From: the human T2T-CHM13v2.0 reference genome, Homo sapiens
DNA length: 64,000 nucleotides
NCBI RefSeq assembly: GCF_009914755.1
Contig: NC_060948.1
Strand: one strand, 5' to 3'
Under the pieces are notes generated by a model. That model was not told the DNA's origin. It searched no databases and was given only the letters and a program-made list of their open reading frames with translations. Shown one piece after another: positions 1 to 13,167 of the stretch; the stretch's first letter is position 1; each line of letters starts with the position of its first letter. The position numbers and the translations under genes are program-made.

Positions 1-2568
1 GGTCTCGAATGGAATGGAAATTAATGGGATGGAATGGAATCGAATGAAATGGAGTCAGAAGGAATGGAATCGAATGGCAAGAAATCGAATGTAATGGAAT
101 CGCAAGGAATTGATGTGAACGGAACGGAATGGAATGGAATCCAAAGGAATGGAATAGAATGGAATGGAATCGAATGGAAAGGACTCGAATGGAAATCACT
201 CGAATAGAATGCAATTTAATAAAATAGGATCAAATGTAATAGAATGGAATGGAAAGGAATCGAAACGGAAGGAATGGAGACAGATGGAATGGAATGGAAC
301 AGAGAGCAATGGTATAGAATGGAATGGAATCATCTGGAATGGAATTGAATGGAATGGAATAATATGAAATGGAATGGAATGGAATGGAATGGAATGCCCT
401 TGAATTAAATGGACTGGACTCGAACAGAGTGGAATGGAAAGTGTTGAGATAGAATGGAATGGACTCCTTTGGAATGGTGTAGTATGCAATGCAATCCACT
501 GGCAGGGAATCAAAAGGAATGTAATCGAATGGATTAGACTGGAATGCAATGGACTCGAATAGATTGGAAACGGAATGCAAAGGAATGGAATGGAATAGTA
601 TGGAATGCAATGGAAGGGAATGGAGTGGAATAGACTAGAGTGGAATGGAATGGACTGGAAAGCAATGGACTGGAATGGAACTTTCTTGCATGGATTGGAA
701 TCAAACGGAATGGAATGCAATGCAATCAAATGGCATGGAATAAAATAGAATGAAAGAGAATCAAATGGAATTGAATCGAATGGAATCGAATGGATTGGAA
801 AGGAATAGAATGGAATGGAATGGAATTGACTCAAATGGAATGGACTAGAATGGAATGGATTCGAATGGAAGGCAAAGGAATGGAATCTATTGGAATGGAC
901 TGTAATGGAATGGAATGGAAGGGATTGGAATGGACTCGAATGGAATGGACTGCAATAGAAAGGATTCGAATGGAATGAAAAAGAATTGAATGGAATAGAA
1001 CAGAATGGAATCAAATCGAATGAAATGGAATGGAATAGAAAGGAATGGAATGAAATGGAATGGAAAGGATTCGAATGGAATGCAATCGAATGGAATGGAA
1101 TCGAACGGAATGGAATAAAATGGAAGAAAACTGGCAAGAAATGGAATCGAAATGAATGGAGTGTTATGGAACGGACTCAAAAGGAATTGAATGTAATAGA
1201 ATGGAGTGGAGTGGACTCGAATATAATGGACTGGAATGGAATGAAATCACATGGAATGGGAACGAATGGAATGGAATGGAAAGGAATGGAATCGAATGGA
1301 AAGGAATCGAATGGAAGGGAATGAAATTGAATCAACACGAATGGAAGGGAATAGAATAGACTGTAATGGAATGGACTCGAATAGAATGGACACGAATGCT
1401 CAAATTAAATGGACTCGAATGGAATGGAAACGAAAGGAATGTCATCGAATGGAATTGAATCGATTGGAATGAAATCGCATAGAATGGAGTGGAATCAAAT
1501 GGAATTGAATCGAAAGGAAAGAAGCGAATGGACTGAAATGAAATGGAATGGAATTGAATGGAAAGTAATGCAATGGAATAGAATGGAACGAAATTTCACG
1601 GAATGGAATCAAACTGAATGGAATCAAATCAATGGAATCAAATCAAATGGAATGGAAAGGAATTGAATGGAGTAGATGGGATTGGATGGGATTGGAATGA
1701 AATGTACTGGAAAGGACTCGAATTTCATGAAACGGAATGGAATGAATTGGAACGGAATGGACTCGAATAGAATGGAATGTCATGGGATGGCATCAAATGG
1801 AATGGCATCATATGGAATGGAATCGAATGCAATGGAATGCTATGGAATGGAATGGAATGCATTGGAATGGAATGTCCTCTAATGGAATGGATTCGAGTGG
1901 AATGGAATTGAATATAATGGAGTCGAATGAAATGGAATTGAAAGGAATGGGATCGAATACAATGGAATATACTGGAATGTAACGTAATGAACTCGAATGT
2001 AATTGACTGGAATGGAATGTACATGAATGGAATGTAATCGAATGGAAAGTAATCCAATGGAATAGAATCTAATGCAATAAAATCGACTCAGATAGAGTAG
2101 AATGTAATGGAATGGAGTGCAGTGCAATGGAATGGAATGGAATGGAATGCAATGGAATGGAATGGAATGGAATGCAATGGAATGGAATGGAATGGAATGG
2201 AATGGGATGGAATGGTATGGAATGGATAGTAATGGACTGGAGTGAAATGGACTGGAAAGGAATGGACTCAAATTGAAAGGGCTCGAAAGGAATGGAGTCA
2301 AATGGAATGGTATGGAATGGAATGAACACGAATGTAATGCAACCCAATAGAATGGAATCGAATGGCATGGAATATAAAGAAATGGAATCGAAGAGAATGG
2401 AAACAAATGGAATGGAATTGAATGGAATGGAATTGAATGGAATGTGAACGAATGGAGTGAAATTGTATGCAGTAGAAGAGAATAGAATGGAATGCAAGCG
2501 AAAGGAAAGGAATGGATTGGAATGGAATGGAATTCATTGGAATGGAAGGGAATGTAGTGTAATGGACA
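1..2568. repeat. Partial DYZ1 monomer (left window edge)
   Basis: Colinear with the last ~2.57 kb of the complete HaeIII monomers; carries a private 1-bp deletion near 1520 (GGAAAGAAGCG vs GGAAAGGAAGCG). Confidence 0.9.
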
Positions 2569-2943
2569 GGCCTGGAATAAAGTGGAATGCTACGGTCTCG
2601 AATGGAATAAAAATGTATGGAATGGAATGCAATGAAACGGAATCGAATGTCATAGAATGTAATGGAATGCAAAAAAATGGAATCCAAAATCATTGACTGG
2701 AAAGGCTGGGTGTCGAAAGGAATTGACTCCAATGGAATGGAATCGAATGGAATGGAAGTGAATAGAATCGAACTAAATCGAATGGAATGGAATTGATAGG
2801 AACGGAATGGAAAGGAATGCAATGATTTGGCATGGAATGGAATCGAATGGCATCGAATGGAATGGAATGCAATGCAATGGAATGGAATGTATTAGAATGT
2901 AATGAACTTTAATGGAATGTACTCGAATGGATTCGACTGGAAT

Positions 2944-2958
2944 GGAATGTTCTGGAAG
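2944..2958. promoter_or_regulatory. Canonical heat-shock element match (site B), repeated in 17 monomers
   Basis: gGAAtgTTCtgGAAg = nGAAnnTTCnnGAAn. Motif match only; binding is not shown. Confidence 0.55.
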
Positions 2959-3223
2959 TGAATGGACTCCAATGGAATGGATTCAAAAGGAATGGAATCG
3001 TACGGAATGGAATCTAATGGAATGGAATTAAATGGAAATGAATCAAATTGAATAGCACGGAATTGAATTGAATGGAATGGAATGCAATGGAATCTAATGA
3101 AACGGAAAGGAAAGGAATGGAATGGAATGGAATGGACTGGAATGGAAAGGAATCGAAACGAATGGAATGGAATCGAACTGAAGAGACTGGAATGGAATGC
3201 ACTGGAATGGAAGGGAGTGTAAT

Positions 3224-3238
3224 GGAAGGTTCTCGAAA
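3224..3238. promoter_or_regulatory. Canonical heat-shock element match (site C), intact in 16 of 17 copies
   Basis: gGAAggTTCtcGAAa; the copy with C>G at 10288 is broken. Motif match only. Confidence 0.55.
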
Positions 3239-4234
3239 AAAATGGAATCGAATGGAATGGAATTGAATGGAACGGAATAGAGTCGAATGGAATTGAATGG
3301 AATGGAATGGACTAGAGTGAAATGGAATCGAACCACAAGGAATGGACAGGAATAGAATGGTCTCGAATTGAATGGAATCGTATGGAATGGCATCAAACGG
3401 AATGGAATGGACAGCCACGGAATGGAATGCACTCGAATGCAATGGAGTCGAAACTAATGGACTGGAATAGAATGGACTCGACTGGTACGGACTCCAATGG
3501 AATGGAATCGAATGGAAGGGAATCGAACGGAAGGGAATCGAACGGAATGGACTCGAAGGGAAAAGACTGCAATGGAAAGGTCTCGAATGGAATGGAAATT
3601 AATGGAATGGAATGGAATCGAATGAAATGGAGTCAAAAGGAATGGAATCGAATGGCAAGAAATGGAATGTAATGGAATCGCCAGGAATTGATGTGAACGG
3701 AGCGGAATGGAATGGAATCCAAAGGAATGGAATAGAATGGAATGGAATCGAATGGAAAGGACTCGAATGGAAATCACTCGAATAGAATGCAATTTAATAA
3801 AATAGGATCAAATGTAATGGAATGGAATGGAAAGGAATCGAAAGGAAAGGAATGGAGACAGATGGAATGGAATGGAACAGAGAGCAATGGTATAGAATGG
3901 AATGGAATCATCTGGAATGGAATTGAATGGAATGGAATGGAATGCCCTTGAATTAAATGGACTGGAATGGAATGGACTCAAACAGAGTGGAATGGAAAGT
4001 GTTGAGATAGAATGGAATGAACTCCTTTGGAATGGTCTAGTAGGCAATGCAATCGACTGGCAGGGAATCAAAAGGAATGTAATCGAATGGATTGGACTGG
4101 AATGCAATGGACTCGAATAGATTGGAAACGGAATGCAAAGGAATGGAATGGAATAGTATGGAATGGAATGGAAAGGAATGGAGTGGAATAGACTAGAGTG
4201 GAATGGAATGGACTGGAAAGCAATGGACTGGAAT

Positions 4235-4249
4235 GGAACTTTCTTGAAT
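4235..4249. promoter_or_regulatory. Canonical heat-shock element match (site A), intact in 12 of 19 copies
   Basis: gGAActTTCttGAAt; the third unit is GGA or GCA in 7 copies. Motif match only. Confidence 0.5.
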
Positions 4250-5945
4250 GGACTGGAATCAAACGGAATGGAATGCAATGCAATCAAATGGCATGGAATA
4301 AAATAGAATGAAAGAGAATCAAATGGAATTGAATCGAATGGAATCGAATGGATTGGAAAGGAATAGAACGGAATGGAATGGAATTGACTCAAATGGAATG
4401 GACTAGAATGGAATGGATTCGAATGGAAGGCAAAGGAATGGAATCTATTGGAATGGACTGTAATGGAATGGAATGGAAGGGATTGGAATGGACTCGAATG
4501 GAATGGACTGCAATAGAAAGGATTCGAATGGAATGAAAAAGAATTGAAAGGAATAGAACAGAATGGAATCAAATCGAATGAAATGGAATGGAATAGAAAG
4601 GAATGGAATGAAATGGAATGAAAAGGATTCCAATGGAATGCAATCGAATGGAATGGAATCGAACGGAATGGAATAAAATGGAAGAAAACTGGCAATAAAT
4701 GGAATCGAAAGGAATGGAGTGTTATGGAACGGACTCAAAAGGAATTGAATGTAATAGAATGGAGTGGAGTGGACTCGAATATAATGGACTGGAATGGAAT
4801 GAAATCACATGGAATGGGAACGAATGGAATGGAATGGAAAGGAATGGAATCGAATGGAAAGGAATCGAATGGAGGGAATGAAATTGAATCAACAGGAATG
4901 GAAGGGAATAGAATAGACGGTAATGGAATGGACTCGAATAGAATGGACACGAATGCTCAAATTGAATGGACTCGAATGGAATGGAAACGAAAGGAATGTC
5001 ATCGAATGGAATTGAATCGATTGGAATGAAATCGCATAGAATGGAGTGGAATCAAATGGAATTGAATCGAAAGGAAAGGAAGCGAATGGACTGAAATGAA
5101 ATGGAATGGAATTGAATGGAAAGTAATGCAATGGAATAGAATGGAACGAAATTTCACGGAATGGAATCAAACTGAATGGAATCAAATCAATGGAATCAAA
5201 TCAAATGGAATGGAAAGGAATTGAATGGAGTAGATTGGATTGGATGGGATTGGAATGAAATGTACTGGAAAGGACTCGAATTTCATGAAACGGAATGGAA
5301 TGAATTGGAAAGGAATGGACTCGAATGGAATGGAATGTCATGGGATGGCATCAAATGGAATGGCATCAAATGGAATGGAATCGAATGCAATGGAATGCTA
5401 TGGAATGGAATGGAATGCATTGGAATGGAATGTCCTCTAATGGAATGGATTCGAGTGGAATGGAATTGAATATAATGGAGTCGAATGAAATGGAATTGAA
5501 AAGAATGGGATCGAATACAATGGAATATACTGGAATGTAACGTAATGAACTCGAATGTAATTGACTGGAATGGAATGTACATGAATGGAATGTAATCGAA
5601 TGGAAAGTAATCCAATGGAATAGAATCTAATGCAATAAAATCGACCCAGATAGAGTAGAATGTAATGGAATGGAGTGTTGTGCAATGGAATGGAATGGAA
5701 TGGAATGCAATGGAATGGAATGGAATGGAATGGGATGGAATGGTATGGAATGGATAGTAATGGACTGGAGTGAAATGGACTGGAAAGGAATGGACTCAAA
5801 TTGAAAGGGCACGAAAGGAATGGAGTCAAATGGAATGGTCTGGAATGGAATGAACACGAATGTAATGCAACCCAATAGAATGGAATCGAATGGCATGGAA
5901 TATAAAGAAATGGAATCGAAGAGAATGGAAACAAATGGAATGGAA

Positions 5946-6099
5946 TTGAATGGAATGGGAACGAATGGAGTGAAATTGTATGCAGTAGAAGAGAATAGAA
6001 TGGAATGCAAGCGAAAGGAAAGGAATGGATTGGAATGGAATGGAATTCATTGGAATGGAAGGGAATGTAGTGTAATGGACAGGCCTGGAATAAAGTGGA
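5946..6099. other. 154-bp DYZ1 Y-sexing PCR amplicon (Y1.2/Y1.1 primer sites); recurs once per monomer
   Basis: TTGAATGGAATGGGAACGAATGG starts at 5946 and GGACAGGCCTGGAATAAAGTGGA ends at 6099. These match the Y1.2 primer and the reverse complement of Y1.1 as I recall them, and the amplicon has an internal EcoRI site. Confidence 0.8.
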
Positions 6100-9000
6100 A
6101 TGCTACGGTCTCGAATGGAATAAAAATGTATGGAATGGAATGCAATGAAACGGAATCGAATGTCATAGAATGTAATGGAATGCAAAAAAATGGAATCCAA
6201 AATCATTGACTGGAAAGGCTGGGTGTCGAAAGGAATTGACTCCAATGGAATGGAATCGAATGGAATGGAAGTGAATAGAATCGAACTAAATCGAATGGAA
6301 TGGAATTGATAGGAACGGAATGGAAAGGAATGCAATGATTTGGCATGGAATGGAATCGAATGGCATCGAATGGAATGGAATGGAATGCAATGGAATGGAA
6401 TGTATTAGAATGGAATGAACTTTAATGGAATGTACTCGAATGGATTCGACTGGAATGGAATGTTCTGGAAGTGAATGGACTCCAATGGAATGGATTCAAA
6501 AGGAATGGAATCGTACGGAATGGAATCTAATGGAATGGAATTAAATGGAAATGAATCAAATTGAATAGCACGGAATTGAATTGAATGGAATGGAATGCAA
6601 TGCAATCTAATGAAACGGAAAGGAAAGGAATGGAATGGAATGGAATGGGCTGGAATGGAAAGGAATCGAAACGAATGGAATGGAATCGAACTGAAGAGAC
6701 TGGAATGGAATGCACTGGAATGGAAGGGAGTGTAATGGAAGGTTCTCGAAAAAAATGGAATCGAATGGAATGGAATTGAATGGAACGGAATAGAGTCGAA
6801 TGGAATTGAATGGAATGGAATGGACTAGAGTGAAATGGAATCGAACCACAAGGAATGGACAGGAATAGAATGGTCTCGAATTGAATGGAATCGTATGGAA
6901 TGGCATCAAACGGAATGGAATGGACAGCCACGGAATGGAATGCACTCGAATGCAATGAAGTCGAAACTAACGGACTGGAATAGAATGGACTCGACTGGTA
7001 CGGACTCCAATGGAATGGAATCGAATGGAAGGGAATCGAACGGAAGGGAATCGAACGGAATGGACTCGAAGGGAAAAGACTGCAATGGAAAGGTCTCGAA
7101 TGGAATGGAAATTAATGGAATGGAATGGAATCGAATGAAATGGAGTCAAAAGGAATGGAATCGAATGGCAAGAAATCGAATGTAATGGAATCGCAAGGAA
7201 TTGATGTGAACGGAACGGAATGGAATGGAATCCAAAGGAATGGAATAGAATGGAATGGAATCGAATGGAAAGGACTCGAATGGAAATCACTCGAATAGAA
7301 TGCAATTTAATAAAATAGGATCAAATGTAATGGAATGGAATGGAAAGGAATCGAAACGAAAGGAATGGAGACAGATGGAATGGAATGGAACAGAGAGCAA
7401 TGGTATAGAATGGAATGGAATCATCTGGAATGGAATTGAATGGAATGGAATAATATGAAATGGAATGGAATGGAATGGAATGGAATGCCCTTGAATTAAA
7501 TGGACTGGAATGGAATGGACTCAAACAGAGTGGAATGGAAAGTGTGGAGATAGAATGGAATGAACTCCTTTGGAATGGACTAGTAGGCAATGCAATCGAC
7601 TGGCAGGGAATCAAAAGGAATGTAATCGAATGGATTGGACTGGAATGCAATGGACTCGAATAGATTGGAAACGGAATGCAAAGAATGGAATGGAATAGTA
7701 TGGAATGGAATGGAAAGGAATGGAGTGGAATAGACTAGAGTGGAATGGAATGGACTGGAAAGCAATGGACTGGAATGGAACTTTCTTGAATGGACTGGAA
7801 TCAAACGGAATGGAATGCAATGCAATCAAATGGCATGGAATAAAATAGAATGAAAGAGAATCAAATGGAATTGAATCGAATGGAATCGAATGGATTGGAA
7901 AGGAATAGAATGGAATGGAATGGAATGGACTCAAATGGAATGGACTAGAATGGAATGGATTCGAATGGAAGGCAAAGGAATGGAATCTATTGGAATGGAC
8001 TGTAATGGAATGGAATGGAAGGGATTGGAATGGACTCGAATGGAATGGACTGCAATAGAAAGGATTCGAATGGAATGAAAAAGAATTGAATGGAATAGAA
8101 CAGAATGGAATCAAATCGAATGAAATGGAATGGAATAGAAAGGAATGGAATGAAATGGAATGGAAAGGATTCGAATGGAATGCAATCGAATGGAATGGAA
8201 TCGAACGGAATGGAATAAAATGGAAGAAAACTGGCAAGAAATGGAATCGAAATGAATGGAGTGTTATGGAACGGACTCAAAAGGAATTGAATGTAATAGA
8301 ATGGAGTGGAGTGGACTCGAATATAATGGACTGGAATGGAATGAAATCACATGGAATGGGAACGAATGGAATGGAATGGAAAGGAATGGAATCGAATGGA
8401 AAGGAATCGAATGGAAGGGAATGAAATTGAATCAACAGGAATGGAAGGGAATAGAATAGACGGTAATGGAATGGACTCGAATAGAATGGACACGAATGCT
8501 CAAATTAAATGGACTCGAATGGAATGGAAACGAAAGGAATGTCATCGAATGGAATTGAATCGATTGGAATGAAATCGCATAGAATGGAGTGGAATCAAAT
8601 GGAATTGAATCGAAAGGAAAGGAAGCGAATGGACTGAAATGAAATGGAATGGAATTGAATGGAAAGTAACGCAATGGAATAGAATGGAACGAAATTTCAC
8701 GGAATGGAATCAAACTGAATGGAATCAAATCAATGGAATCAAATCAAATGGAATGGAAAGGAATTGAATGGAGTAGATGGGATTGGATGGGATTGGAATG
8801 AAATGTACTGGAAAGGACTCGAATTTCATGAAACGGAATGGAATGAATTGGAAAGGAATGGACTCGAATGGAATGGAATGTCATGGGATGGCATCAAATG
8901 GAATGGCATCAAATGGAATGGAATCGAATGCAATGGAATGCTATGGAATGGAATGGAATGCATTGGAATGGAATGTCCTCTAATGGAATGGATTCGAGTG

Positions 9001-9624
9001 GAATGGAATTGAATATAATGGAGTCGAATGAAATGGAATTGAAAAGAATGGGATCGAATACAATGGAATATACTGGAATGTAACGTAATGAACTCGAATG
9101 TAATTGACTGGAATGGAATGTACATGAATGGAATGTAATCGAATGGAAAGTAATCCAATGGAATAGAATCTAATGCAATAAAATCGACCCAGATAGAGTA
9201 GAATGTAATGGAATGGAGTGTTGTGCAATGGAATGGAATGGAATGGAATGCAATGGAATGGAATGGAATGGAATGGGATGGAATGGTATGGAATGGATAG
9301 TAATGGACTGGAGTGAAATGGACTGGAAAGGAATGGACTCAAATTGAAAGGGCACGAAAGGAATGGAGTCAAATGGAATGGTCTGGAATGGAATGAACAC
9401 GAATGTAATGCAACCCAATAGAATGGAATCGAATGGCATGGAATATAAAGAAATGGAATCGAAGAGAATGGAAACAAATGGAATGGAATTGAATGGAATG
9501 GGAACGAATGGAGTGAAATTGTATGCAGTAGAAGAGAATAGAATGGAATGCAAGCGAAAGGAAAGGAATGGATTGGAATGGAATGGAATTCATTGGAATG
9601 GAAGGGAATGTAGTGTAATGGACA
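6082..9624. repeat. DYZ1 monomer 2 (3543 bp)
   Basis: GGCC-to-GGCC interval; almost identical to monomer 3. Confidence 0.9.
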
Positions 9625-12600
9625 GGCCTGGAATAAAGTGGAATGCTACGGTCTCGAATGGAATAAAAATGTATGGAATGGAATGCAATGAAACGGAATC
9701 GAATGTCATAGAATGTAATGGAATGCAAAAAAATGGAATCCAAAATCATTGACTGGAAAGGCTGGGTGTCGAAAGGAATTGACTCCAATGGAATGGAATC
9801 GAATGGAATGGAAGTGAATAGAATCGAACTAAATCGAATGGAATGGAATTGATAGGAACGGAATGGAAAGGAATGCAATGATTTGGCATGGAATGGAATC
9901 GAATGGCATCGAATGGAATGGAATGGAATGCAATGGAATGGAATGTATTAGAATGGAATGAACTTTAATGGAATGTACTCGAATGGATTCGACTGGAATG
10001 GAATGTTCTGGAAGTGAATGGACTCCAATGGAATGGATTCAAAAGGAATGGAATCGTACGGAATGGAATCTAATGGAATGGAATTAAATGGAAATGAATC
10101 AAATTGAATAGCACGGAATTGAATTGAATGGAATGGAATGCAATGCAATCTAATGAAACGGAAAGGAAAGGAATGGAATGGAATGGAATGGGCTGGAATG
10201 GAAAGGAATCGAAACGAATGGAATGGAATCGAACTGAAGAGACTGGAATGGAATGCACTGGAATGGAAGGGAGTGTAATGGAAGGTTGTCGAAAAAAATG
10301 GAATCGAATGGAATGGAATTGAATGGAACGGAATAGAGTCGAATGGAATTGAATGGAATGGAATGGACTAGAGTGAAATGGAATCGAACCACAAGGAATG
10401 GACAGGAATAGAATGGTCTCGAATTGAATGGAATCGTATGGAATGGCATCAAACGGAATGGAATGGACAGCCACGGAATGGAATGCACTCGAATGCAATG
10501 AAGTCGAAACTAACGGACTGGAATAGAATGGACTCGACTGGTACGGACTCCAATGGAATGGAATCGAATGGAAGGGAATCGAACGGAAGGGAATCGAACG
10601 GAATGGACTCGAAGGGAAAAGACTGCAATGGAAAGGTCTCGAATGGAATGGAAATTAATGGAATGGAATGGAATCGAATGAAATGGAGTCAAAAGGAATG
10701 GAATCGAATGGCAAGAAATCGAATGTAATGGAATCGCAAGGAATTGATGTGAACGGAACGGAATGGAATGGAATCCAAAGGAATGGAATAGAATGGAATG
10801 GAATCGAATGGAAAGGACTCGAATGGAAATCACTCGAATAGAATGCAATTTAATAAAATAGGATCAAATGTAATGGAATGGAATGGAAAGGAATCGAAAC
10901 GAAAGGAATGGAGACAGATGGAATGGAATGGAACAGAGAGCAATGGTATAGAATGGAATGGAATCATCTGGAATGGAATTGAATGGAATGGAATAATATG
11001 AAATGGAATGGAATGGAATGGAATGGAATGCCCTTGAATTAAATGGACTGGAATGGAATGGACTCAAACAGAGTGGAATGGAAAGTGTGGAGATAGAATG
11101 GAATGAACTCCTTTGGAATGGACTAGTAGGCAATGCAATCGACTGGCAGGGAATCAAAAGGAATGTAATCGAATGGATTGGACTGGAATGCAATGGACTC
11201 GAATAGATTGGAAACGGAATGCAAAGAATGGAATGGAATAGTATGGAATGGAATGGAAAGGAATGGAGTGGAATAGACTAGAGTGGAATGGAATGGACTG
11301 GAAAGCAATGGACTGGAATGGAACTTTCTTGAATGGACTGGAATCAAACGGAATGGAATGCAATGCAATCAAATGGCATGGAATAAAATAGAATGAAAGA
11401 GAATCAAATGGAATTGAATCGAATGGAATCGAATGGATTGGAAAGGAATAGAATGGAATGGAATGGAATGGACTCAAATGGAATGGACTAGAATGGAATG
11501 GATTCGAATGGAAGGCAAAGGAATGGAATCTATTGGAATGGACTGTAATGGAATGGAATGGAAGGGATTGGAATGGACTCGAATGGAATGGACTGCAATA
11601 GAAAGGATTCGAATGGAATGAAAAAGAATTGAATGGAATAGAACAGAATGGAATCAAATCGAATGAAATGGAATGGAATAGAAAGGAATGGAATGAAATG
11701 GAATGGAAAGGATTCGAATGGAATGCAATCGAATGGAATGGAATCGAACGGAATGGAATAAAATGGAAGAAAACTGGCAAGAAATGGAATCGAAATGAAT
11801 GGAGTGTTATGGAACGGACTCAAAAGGAATTGAATGTAATAGAATGGAGTGGAGTGGACTCGAATATAATGGACTGGAATGGAATGAAATCACATGGAAT
11901 GGGAACGAATGGAATGGAATGGAAAGGAATGGAATCGAATGGAAAGGAATCGAATGGAAGGGAATGAAATTGAATCAACAGGAATGGAAGGGAATAGAAT
12001 AGACGGTAATGGAATGGACTCGAATAGAATGGACACGAATGCTCAAATTAAATGGACTCGAATGGAATGGAAACGAAAGGAATGTCATCGAATGGAATTG
12101 AATCGATTGGAATGAAATCGCATAGAATGGAGTGGAATCAAATGGAATTGAATCGAAAGGAAAGGAAGCGAATGGACTGAAATGAAATGGAATGGAATTG
12201 AATGGAAAGTAACGCAATGGAATAGAATGGAACGAAATTTCACGGAATGGAATCAAACTGAATGGAATCAAATCAATGGAATCAAATCAAATGGAATGGA
12301 AAGGAATTGAATGGAGTAGATGGGATTGGATGGGATTGGAATGAAATGTACTGGAAAGGACTCGAATTTCATGAAACGGAATGGAATGAATTGGAAAGGA
12401 ATGGACTCGAATGGAATGGAATGTCATGGGATGGCATCAAATGGAATGGCATCAAATGGAATGGAATCGAATGCAATGGAATGCTATGGAATGGAATGGA
12501 ATGCATTGGAATGGAATGTCCTCTAATGGAATGGATTCGAGTGGAATGGAATTGAATATAATGGAGTCGAATGAAATGGAATTGAAAAGAATGGGATCGA

Positions 12601-13167
12601 ATACAATGGAATATACTGGAATGTAACGTAATGAACTCGAATGTAATTGACTGGAATGGAATGTACATGAATGGAATGTAATCGAATGGAAAGTAATCCA
12701 ATGGAATAGAATCTAATGCAATAAAATCGACCCAGATAGAGTAGAATGTAATGGAATGGAGTGTTGTGCAATGGAATGGAATGGAATGGAATGCAATGGA
12801 ATGGAATGGAATGGAATGGGATGGAATGGTATGGAATGGATAGTAATGGACTGGAGTTAAATGGACTGGAAAGGAATGGACTCAAATTGAAAGGGCACGA
12901 AAGGAATGGAGTCAAATGGAATGGTCTGGAATGGAATGAACACGAATGTAATGCAACCCAATAGAATGGAATCGAATGGCATGGAATATAAAGAAATGGA
13001 ATCGAAGAGAATGGAAACAAATGGAATGGAATTGAATGGAATGGGAACGAATGGAGTGAAATTGTATGCAGTAGAAGAGAATAGAATGGAATGCAAGCGA
13101 AAGGAAAGGAATGGATTGGAATGGAATGGAATTCATTGGAATGGAAGGGAATGTAGTGTAATGGACA
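9625..13167. repeat. DYZ1 monomer 3 (3543 bp)
   Basis: GGCC-to-GGCC interval; the ORF track repeats at an exact 3543 offset. Confidence 0.9.

Larger units (their letters stand above)
2569..6081. repeat. DYZ1 monomer 1 (3513 bp)
   Basis: GGCC-to-GGCC interval; lacks the AATAATATGAAATGG block near 3935 and has a short GGAAT tract. Confidence 0.9.

Noticed and set aside
1676-1696. Possible G-quadruplex at GATGGGATTGGATGGGATTGG
   Set aside because: Only two GGG runs. GG-based two-tier folds would apply equally to the whole satellite and are not specific to this site.
1589-1732. Additional HSE-like dyads GAAatTTCacGGA and TTCatGAA
   Set aside because: Only two correctly spaced units each, so they were not counted as canonical three-unit HSEs.
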